Of a DNA stretch of 64,000 bases, positions 23,761-33,347 are shown one piece after another. Position 1 is the first letter of the stretch. Each line of letters opens with the position of its first letter. A program made the translations under genes and the position numbers. Source of the stretch: Scenedesmus sp. PABB004 (taxonomy: Eukaryota); contig JABVCE010000014.1 in assembly GCA_014905635.1 (NCBI GenBank), forward strand, positions 310,001 through 374,000. Direction: 5' to 3'. The notes under the pieces are model-generated. The model saw only the letters and a program-made list of their open reading frames with translations. It made no database searches and was not told where the DNA came from.

Positions 23761-24193
23761 GTTTGGTTTGCCAGGAATCGCCTGCGCGCGGTCGGAAGGG
23801 GCGCACATTCGCTCAGACCAGCTCGTCCCGGCGCCCGGGAGCGGCCAGCGTGGGGTCAGCGCGGCGGTGGTGCGGCCGGCAGTGACACAGCTGCCCCCGA
23901 CCGCTGGGGGCCACGCGCCGCTCGCGCGGCGTGTCTAGGCGCCGGCAGGCGCCTCTGACCCCCGACCCCAGCGCCGCGTGCGCGCCCCGGGACCGCTGCC
24001 CAACGGGGCCAGCCGGCAGCGGGCGGCGCCGATGGCGCGCCCGGCCGGCCGAGCGCGCCGCGCGCAGTCGCCTCGCACCTGTCAGGCAGCTAGGGCGCGT
24101 TCCGGCGCGTCGGCGCAGGCCGCGAGCGGCGCAAACGAGCAGGCCGGCGGGGTGTCGGGGTGTCGGGGCTCGAGGCTAAGCGCGGGGCTGCGC

Positions 24194-24898
24194 GACGCAG
24201 GAAGGAAGACCTGACAGAACTGAGGGCGGGCGGCGGCGGGGCCGCTGTAGTTGAGCGCCAGCGCGAGGAGGGGTGGCGGACTTTTGCCAGCCCGGCGGTC
24301 GCGTCCCCAACCAGCTCGCTGCGCAGGCCGCCATCCGCCGCGTGCGGCACACGGAAATGTCATGCAAGCTATGCTGCGACCACAATTCCGTCCGGAGCGC
24401 CGAACCGTGCCCTGGCCCGGGGCGACGACGTTCTGCCGCTCTCGTCAACGCGGCCCCTCGCGCCCGCTGCAGCCCGGCGCGCCGTGGCGCCCGGCCGAGC
24501 TCGCCGACTCGCTGCCCCGCGGCGGCCCGGGCGGCTGAAGCGCGCGTTGGGGCGGGCTCACCCGGCCTCGGCGGGACCAGCGCCGGGTGTCAAGAGGCGA
24601 CCGCCGTGATCAGCGGCGACCAGGGCCGCCGCGTCGCCGGGACGCGGCCCCCGAGCTCTGTCGCGCCAGCCCGGGTGCGCTGCGTCTGCAGACGCAGCGC
24701 GGCAGCTGCCGCGTGCCCGTGGCGGGCGGTGCGTGCTGCCACTCGATGCCGTCCTGCGCGCTCCCCGGTTACAACCGAGCCAAACCGGCCGCGCAGCTCC
24801 CCGCGAGCTCCCCAAGCAGTCAGTCGCTCACGCGCACGCGCCGGCGAGCCGCAGTCCCAGCGGCCCCGCGTGCGGGGGCTGGGCGGCGGCGACGTCGC
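24194..24898 (-). repeat. Right arm of long inverted repeat (~705 bp)
   Basis: Reverse complement of 20410-21130. The ORF track shows near-identical peptides on opposite strands (e.g. 20493..20750+ vs 24558..24815-). Confidence 0.97.
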
Positions 24899-25016
24899 CG
24901 CCAGCCGCGGCGCCTGACGGCGGACGGCCGCCCGCCGCGGACCGGCCAGCACAGCCCGCGCCGCAGCTCCCACGCCGCAGCTCCAGCTCCGGCTCCCGCT
25001 CAACGCGGCGCCGCGC

Positions 25017-27878
25017 TCACGCAAAGCTCGCCATGCCCAGCGCCGGCGCGGCGCCGCCGTGCGCGTCCGCGGCCGCCTCGCCGCCGCCGCCGCCGGGGGT
25101 GGGCCACTTGGGAAAGACGCGCTTGTAGAGGCTCACGCACACGGCGTCGCGCTGCGCGACGGGGCCGTCGAAGCGCGCCTTGAACGCGCCGTGCGTGCCG
25201 AGCGGCTCGGTGATGCGCCCGCGCCGGCCCGACTTGGTCCACAGCTCGAGCGGCTTGAACCAGCGCACGTCGTCGGGGCCGAAGAACATGAGCCGCACCA
25301 CCGCGCGCGTCTTGTTGACCCGCACCGGGTAGCCAGAGAGGACGACCTTCTTCACCACGACGCGGTCGGGGTCGACGCTGCGCAGCGCGCCCGCCGCCGC
25401 GAGCCGGGGGCGGCACCCGGGCTCGGCCTGCGCGCGGCGCGGCGGGCGGCGCGGCGCGGCGGGCTCAGCGGGCGCCGGCGCGCGGGCGCGCGCGGCCACG
25501 GGCGCGCGCGCCAGCCAGGGTTCAGCGCCCCCTGGGCCGCACCTTGAACGCGAGCAGCGGCAGCGGCGGGTAGCTGATCGGCGCGTAGACCGCGCCGACG
25601 CCGGGCTTGCCGGGGTGGAGGAAGCGCTCCATCTTGTGCTTGTCCGACCCGCCGCCGTCGTCGCTGAGCACGGGGCGCCCGCGCCACGCGCGCAGGCCCG
25701 TGACGAGCAGCAGCTCCTCCTTGGACGCGACCGCGTCGGCGTAGCCGGGCGCCTTTTTGAGCGAAAAGTTGACGACCGAGAGCTTCGCCTCGTGCTGCAG
25801 CAGGCCGTGCACCGTCAGCGGCGGCGGCCCCGCGCGCGGCGGCGCGCCGGGCGCCGGCGGCGGCGGCGGCGGCCCCGCGCGCGCGACCGCGGCGGCCGCG
25901 GCGGCCGCCGGCACGCCGGACAGCACGACCGTCACGTAGCTGCCCGGCGGCACGGCGCAGGGGTCGGTGCCCGCGGTCGCGCGCGCCTGGCGCGCGGCGG
26001 GCGGGGCGGGGCGGGCGGGGCGGGGCGGGCGCAGGCGGCGGGTGGGCGCCGCACGCGCGTGCGCGCGCGAGGGCACGCCTGGCGCGCCCCGGCCGCGCGG
26101 CGCGCGCCCCGGCCGCGCGGCGCGCGCCCCGCGGGGGCGGCTGGCGACTCACCGCCGCCTCGCGCGCGCGCTTGTGGGTACGCTTGAAATTCTCAAACGC
26201 AAAGACCCGGCCGTACTCAAGCGGCAGGCCCTCGCGCGCGTCCCAGGGGCTGCTGCGGAAGCTCTTCAGCCCCCTGCGCAGCGCCGGCCGCGCGCGGCGC
26301 CGCCGGCCAGTGGGCGCGCGCGGCGCGCGCTGGGGCCAGGCCGCGTCGCGCGGTGCGCAGAGCGCGCGGCGTGCGCGAGCGGGTGCGGGCGCCGCACCTG
26401 TACTTGGCAAAGCGCTGCCGCGCGGGCACGTCCTGCGGCGTGTCCACCTCGTCGGGGAACTCAGCGTCCTCCGCCTCGGCCTGCGGCGCGAGAGCCGCAG
26501 CACGGGCCGGGCCGGGCCGGGCCGGGCGGGGTTGAGCAGCGGCGCGTGCAGGCGGGCGCGGCGCTGCGCGGCGCAGCGGCGCCAGCGCCGCGCACCAGGC
26601 GCTTGGCTTTGAGCTCGTCGCGCAGGCGCCGCGCCGCGGCCTCCTCGGCCGCCTCGTCCTCCTCCATCGCCGCGCCGTCAGACTGCTCGCCCTCGCCGTC
26701 GCCCAGCGCCGCGCCGTCGTCGTCGTCGGCAGCGCCCGAGCCGCCGCCCTCGCTCAGCGGCACCGCCATGGCGGCGTCTGTGGCAGCGACGGCGCGCGCG
26801 GCACGGCGCGGGCGTGAGCAGCAGTTGGCGCGCATGCGTGCGGCGGGCGTGGGCCGGGCAGGAACCGGCGGCGAGCGAGGGAGCGCGCGGCGATCGGCGG
26901 CAGAAGTGTCCCATGGGTCCGACACAGGCGGCCAGGTGGAGTGTGGCGGCCTGCTTTAAGCCACGGTGTGCGCTCTGCCCTCCGCGTCCCCGCGAGCGGG
27001 GCCGCGTGCGGCTGCGGTGGGGCGCGCACCGCAGCCGCTGCGGGCGGGGGCGCGTGCGGCGCTGCACGGCGCGGCGCGGCGCGGCGCGGCGCGGCGCGGC
27101 GCGGCGCGGCGGGGCGTTGCGTGGCGCGGTGCGCGCTCACCCTCGCCGTCAGAGGCGCTGTCGTTGTCCTCGCCCGAGCTGCCCTCGTCGTCGTCCAGGA
27201 TCCAGGCAGCCTGGTACTCGCTGGTGCCTGCCAGCGGGGGGCGCAGCACGAGCGCGCAGGCGGGCGGGCGGGGCGCCGTCGGGCGCCCGCCGCGGCGCGG
27301 CGGCGCGGCGCGCGGGCGGGCGCGGCGGGGCCCCGCGCACCCGCTGGCAGGCGGCGCTTGCGCATCTTGCGCCCCGCCGCGGCGGCGGCAGCGGCGTCGG
27401 CGAGCTCCTCGTCGGTGGGCCACGTCTGCTCGCCTGCGCGGCGGGGCGGCGGCGGCGGCGGCACGAGCGCGTCGGCGGCGGCACAGGGGCCCGCGCGCAG
27501 GCAGCGGCGCGCGCGGCGCCGCGCCTCCCCTCCCTCCCTCCCGCCGCCGCACCGGCGAGGGGGTCGGGCTCATTCTCGCGGACGCACGGCTCCTGCTGCG
27601 CCGGGTCGGGCAGCGCCAGCACCGGCGCGGCGCCGCCGGCGTCGGCCATGTCGGCGTCGCCGGCGCCCGGCCCACGCTGCCCCCGCTGCTGCTGCTGCTG
27701 CTGCTGCTGCTGCCCGCCGCCGGGTCCGCCGGCGTCCATGTCGGGCGGGCCTTCGATGCGCGCGATGCGAAAGTCGCCGCCACCCGGCAGCGTGATGAGC
27801 TGGTTGGCCGACAGCCCCGCCGCGCGCACAAAGCCCGTGAGCCGCAGCTCGCCCAGCTGCTGCTGCGCGTCGCCGCCC

Positions 27879-27917
<39 letters not shown>

Positions 27918-29067
27918 TGCAGCGGCTGGCTCGGCGTGAACGCCGCGTGCTGCACCACGATGTACGGCCGCTGCCGCCGCCACACGGGCAGCGTGGGCAT
28001 GCAGTCGGCGAGGCTGCGCAGCAGCTGCTGCACGTCCTGGCCGCTGTCGCCGCACAGCAGGCGCATGTCGCCGGGCAGGTGCGCCGCCAGCGCCTTCTCG
28101 GCGCGCTTCTTGGCCGCCGAGCGGCGCTTAAGCTCGGCCGCGGCCGAGCCCTTGCCCGCGGCGCCGGCGCCCGCGTCGTCCTCGCCGTCCACGCCCATCG
28201 CGTCGACGCCGCCCGGCTGCTGCTGCGGCTGGCTCAGCACGACTGCCATCGTCGTGGGCAGGCCCATCGCGCGCAGCACGGCGAGCGCGGCCTCGCCCGC
28301 GGCGTCGACCGGCGCCGCGCCGTCGTGCCCCGGCAGCAGCAGCAGCAGCACCTCCGCCGCCTTGGCCACGTCCACGATCGCCAGCGGGTCCTGCGTGTGC
28401 GGGGCGGGAGGTGGGCGGCGCGCGCGGCGGCGGGCGCGCGCCGCCTCCGCCTCCGCCGCCCTGCCCCCGGCGCGCCGCAGCGGCGCTCACGTCGCGGTCC
28501 GGCGGCGGCGGCAGCAGCGTCAGCCGCACGCGGCGCCGGCCCTGGACCGCGATCGTGACCAGGCCGCCGCCGCCGCTGTCGTCAGCGGGCGCGCCGCTCG
28601 CCGCCGCGAGCAGGGCCGCCCACAGCGGCGCCGCGTCGACGTCGGACGTGAGCGGCAGCAGCGCGACCACGACCGGCGCGCTGTGCCGGCGCCGCTCCTC
28701 CAGCAGCGCGGCGCGCTTGGCGTCCCTGCGCAGGCGCGGGGCGGGCGGCGCGTGGGCGCCGGCCCCGGGGCGGCCGGCGGCCGGCGGCGGCGGCCGGCGG
28801 CGCACCGCTGCTGCTTCGCCGCCGCCGCGCGCTCCAGCTTGTTGCCATGCCCTGCGGCCTTCACCGACGCCCGGGACGCGCCGCCGCCCTCCTTCTTGGC
28901 CTTGTGCTTGTCGCGCGCGCTCTTGCCCGCGTGGCGGCCGGCCTTGTGCGACTGCGATGCCCCGCCCCGGCGCGCGTGAGCGTCGCGCCGCGCCGCCGCC
29001 GCGCGTGGCGCGCCGGGCCGCGGCGCCGCACCTTGTTGCGCTGCCCGTGCGCCGAGGGGCCGCCCAT
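25017..29067 (-). CDS. TSR1: Pre-rRNA-processing protein TSR1 (40S biogenesis; multi-exon)
   Basis: [145 protein letters not shown]. Confidence 0.95.
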
Positions 29068-29550
29068 GCTGCCGCGCCGCGCCGCCCGCCGGCGGCTGCT
29101 GCTGCCGCGCCGCCCGAGCGCGCGCGCGTGTGCAACTGAGCAACCACTGGCGACGGTTGTGTGGGCGCCGCGCCGCGCTCGGCGGCTGGCGGCGTGTTTG
29201 GCGAGTAACATGGCTACAGCCGACGCCGCACACGCGCCCGAGGGCTCCCGCCGCTCCACAGAGCCGTCCCTGAGTGTGTAGTGCTGCCGCCGAGTTGTTG
29301 TCGAAGTTGGCGCGTTGAGGAGTTGCTGCACCGTCCGCCGCTGTCCGCCGCGCCGTCCGCGGCGCTGAGCAGGTGCGCCGCGCCCGTCCCCGCGGCCGCC
29401 GTGTGACGCACGCCGGCGGCTCGGCGGCGGCCGCGGCGCGCCGGGCACGCGCCGGGCGGCGCGCGCGAGAGAGCAGCGCGGCGCTGCGGCGCGTCCCCGC
29501 CGGCGGCCCTCCACCCCGCACGGTGCGCCCCGCGCCCGCGCAGGGACAGG

Positions 29551-32159
29551 ATGGCAGGCACGGCGTGGTCCGCGGGGCAGCGCATCGCCAGCCTGGAGGG
29601 CCTCGCCGCCAAGCTGGGCCGCCTGGAGGCGCAGGCCGAGCTGCTCGACGCCTGGCAGGAGGAGCGCGACAAGGCGCGGGCGGCGGCGGGGCCGGCCGGC
29701 GCCGGCACTGACTCGCGCGCCGCCCGGCCGCCAGCGCACTGCACACGCCGCGCCAACCCCAAGCGGCCCCGCCGCGCGCAGGTGGACCTGGTGAAGGCCT
29801 ACGAGGGTGGCGCCGCGCTCGCGGACCAGGCGCGCGGGGCGGGCGGGGCGGGCGGCGGGAGGGCGGCGCGCCGCGCACAGCCCGCCGCGCAGCCCGCGTC
29901 ACGCGCGCGCCCGCCGGCCGGGCGAGCGCGCGCCGGCCGTCGACCAGGCAGCAAACACACACCCTCCCCTGCGCACGGCCGCCCGCGCCCCGTGCCGCCG
30001 TGCCGCTGCGCCGCAGGTGGTGGAGCTCAAGGGCCACATCCGCGCGGTGGCGGACGCGGAGCTCGAGGGCGACGACGCGCTGCTCGCGCTCACCGCCCGC
30101 CACGCGGCCGCCCACGCGGCGCGCCTCGTGCGGCAGGCCGCCGACCCGTGCTGCCCGCCGAGCAAGGCGCGCGCGCGGCGCTGCGCCGCGCCGCCGCGCG
30201 CTGCGCCGCCCCGGCGGCAGCCCAGGCCTGTCGTGCGCCCGCGCGCGCGCGCGCGCGCAGGCGAGCCAGGTCGTCGCTGACCTCGCCGCGGCGACGCTGT
30301 GCATGCTCAGCCAGCGCCCCGCCGCGCACGAGCCGCTGTCGGCGAGCGGCGCCGTGCCGGCGCTGCTCGCGCTGCTGGACCCGGCGCAGAGCGCGTGCGC
30401 CGTCGACAACGCGGCCAAGGCGCTGGGCAACCTCTCGGCCGACGCCGCCGCGCGCGGCGCCATCCGCGCCGGCGGCGGCGTCGGCGGCCTCGCGCGCCTG
30501 CTCCGCGACGACGCGCCGGGCGTGATGCAGGCGTCGGCGGCGGGCGCGCTCGCGCTGCTCGCGGCGCGCGACGGCGTGGTGCAGGACTCGCTGCGCTACC
30601 TGGGGGCCATCCCGCTCCTCGTCGGCCTGCTGTCCAGCGCCGAGCCCAACGTCGCCGAGGCGGCGCGGTGCGTGCGGGCGGGCGGCGGCCGCGCCGCGCC
30701 ACGCGCGGGCGGCGGCCAGGCCGCGGCCGTGGCGCGCGCACGCGACGCCTGACAGCGCACCCCGCCCGCGCCCGCAGCTGCTGCCTGGTCGCGCTCAAGC
30801 ACGGCAACGCGCGCAACGCGGCCGACGTGCTGGGCGCGCTGCGCGCGAGCCCGGCGCTCGCGCGCGACTACTGGCGGCTTAAGGACGCGCTGCGCCTGCT
30901 GGACGAGGCCCCCAGCGCCGCGCTGCTCGGCCGCGCCGCGCTGCCGGGCGCGGGCGGCGACGGCGGCGACTGGACCATCCCCGCGGGGCGGCCGCCGCCG
31001 GGCGGCGCCGCGCGGTCCGCGGCGGTGCGGGAGCTGCTGATGGACCAGGTGCGTGCCTCTGCGCTGCATGCTGCTCTGGGGCCGGGCCCGTTGAGGCTTG
31101 CGGCCGCCGCGCCTGGCGCGGCGCGGCGAGCCCACGCGCGTGCGTGCGACCGCGGCGCCGCAGGTCTGCGAGGAGGCGCGGCGCGAGGTGGCCGCGGCGG
31201 CGGTGGAGGTGGTGGAGGCGGTCGAGGCGGAGGTGCTGCACCGCAAGATCAGGCGCGCGCCGCCCCGCGCCGCGTCCAAACCAGCCGGCCGCACGCCGTG
31301 CGCCGCACTACGCCCACCCGGCCGCGGCCGCCGCCCGCGCGCGTGCCCTCCCTCGCGCAGCCGCGCGCAGCGCCCGCTCGGGGCCAGCCTGGACGCCTCC
31401 ATCGCGCTGCTCAAGGCGTCGCTCGCGGACACCAAGGCCGCCGCGGCGCGCAGGGCCGCCGCCGGCAGCGCCTGCCGCCCCGCGAGCGCGTGCAGCCCCG
31501 CCCGCGGCGCGGGCGCGGGCCGCGCCGGCGGCGGCGCCGAGGGGCCCGCCGCGCGCGCGGCGGCGGGCAAGCACCTGCTGCGCTACTCCGCCGACGAGGT
31601 GGCCGCGCTGCTGCACGCGGCGGGCTTCTCGCCGTCCGACACGCACCCGCTGCGCCGCGCGGGCGTCAATGGCGCGCAGCTGCTGCTGCTCGGTGAGGCG
31701 CAGCTCATGGAGCTGGCGGGCCTGCCCAAGCACAAGGCGCGCCGCCTGCGCCGCCTGCAGGTGCGCGCGCAGGACCGACCGCGCCGCCGCCGGGCGCCGG
31801 CTGAGCCGCGGCTCGGCGTGGGCTGAGAGGCTCGCGCACGCCGGACCGACACCCGCCCCGCCCCGCCCCGCCCCGCTGCCGCGCGCCCCGCTGCCCCGCC
31901 CCGCCAGGACGCGATGCGGCTGTACGACTCCATCGCCACGCGCGTCGCGCAGCCGCGCCTGACCGACGTCGAGCTGCGCCTCTGGCTCGCGGGCCGCGGC
32001 TGCTCGGCCGGCGAGGCGGGCCGCGCGCTGCGCCTGCTGCGGCGGCTCGTCGTCGACGACGAGGCCGCGCCCTGGCTGAGCGCGTGGGAGTGGGCGGTCG
32101 GCTGGGCCTGGGTCGTGCACGCGCTGGAGGTGTACGGCGTGGACTGGCGCGACGCGTGA
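29551..32159 (+). CDS. Armadillo-repeat + SAM domain protein with a degenerate EF-hand-like C-terminus (true start may be upstream, ~29210)
   Basis: ARM repeats (SGAVPALLALL..NAAKALGNLSAD; GGGVGGLARLL..AAGALALLA; LGAIPLLVGLL). SAM-like segment YSADEVAALLHAAGF...GVNGAQLLLLGEAQLMELAGLPKHKARRL. Stop at 32159. Confidence 0.7.
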
Positions 32160-32579
32160 CCGGGGGCGCGGCGGCTCGGAGCTCCGCGCACGCGTGGCCT
32201 TGCTCGAATAAAATAGAATAAGCGCTGCGGTCTCGAGCATGGTTTGAGGCGGGGGACGGAGAATAAGGCGCGCAGCCCGCCGCGCGGCGGCGCAGCGAGG
32301 GCTTTGCGCGCGCGCGGCGCCGTGTGGGCTGTGAGCCTTGCTCTGCGCTCGCGCCACCGCAATCGCGCCACCGCTCCGGCGCTCACGCGCGCGCTCGGAC
32401 GCCTGGCGGGCGCGACCAGGCAGCGAACAGCGGCGACAGCAGCGGCAGCAGCAGCGCCCGCGCGCCGGGGTGCAGGGCGTGCCAGCGACCGCGCGGCGCC
32501 GGCGTGGGGCAGGATTGCGGTGCCCGATACTCGGAGAGGCTGCGCGCGGGCTGTTCCGGCTCGGGCGGCCGAGAACGCG

Positions 32580-33283
32580 ATGGCGCGCCCCCGCCGCTCC
32601 ACGCGGGCGCCCTCCCGCTACGTCGCCGACTCCATCGACCCCGAGGACGACGAGGAGTTCGCCGCCGCGCTGGAGGGCCGCACGCTGACGCGCAAGCGCC
32701 GGCGCGGCGCAGAGGCAGCGGCAGCGGCAGCGGGCGGCGACGACCCCGGCGCGGCGGCAGCCGCTGCCGCCGCGGCCGCGGGCGGCACGGAGGAGGAGGG
32801 CGACCCCGGCGCGGCGGCAGCAGCCGCGGCGGCCGCGGCCGGGGGCGGCGCCGAGGAGCACGACGAGGACGACCCGGGCGCCGCGGCGGCGGCCGCCGCC
32901 GCGGCCTGGGGCGGCGGCGCCGAGGAGGACGGCGGCCCCGCCGCCGCGGCCGCGGCCGCGGCCACGGCCGCCGCCGCGGCCGGGGACGAGGTGGAGGACG
33001 GCGACGCCGCGCCGGCGGCCAAGAAGGCGCGCAAGGCGCCCAAGAAGCCACGCGTCAACAACCGCCGGCTCTGCGCCAGCCGGGCGCGCGCTGCCTACGG
33101 CCTGAGCGACAAGGACCTGTGGAGCCTAACAGACGTGGAGTATGCGCCAAATCCCTACTACCCCCGCAGCGCGGCGCCGATGCGGCTCTACCTCGTGCGC
33201 GAGCTCCAGGTGCGCGGCGCGCCCCGCGCGCTCGGGGCTGCCCCTGGCGCGCGGCCGCCCTGCCGCCCTGGCCGCCCGGCGCT

Positions 33284-33347
<64 letters not shown>

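Noticed and set aside
20410..24898. Autonomous DNA transposon or DIRS retroelement
   Set aside because: No transposase, reverse transcriptase or tyrosine recombinase motifs, no TSD, and no internal complementary region found. Kept only as an inverted-repeat finding.
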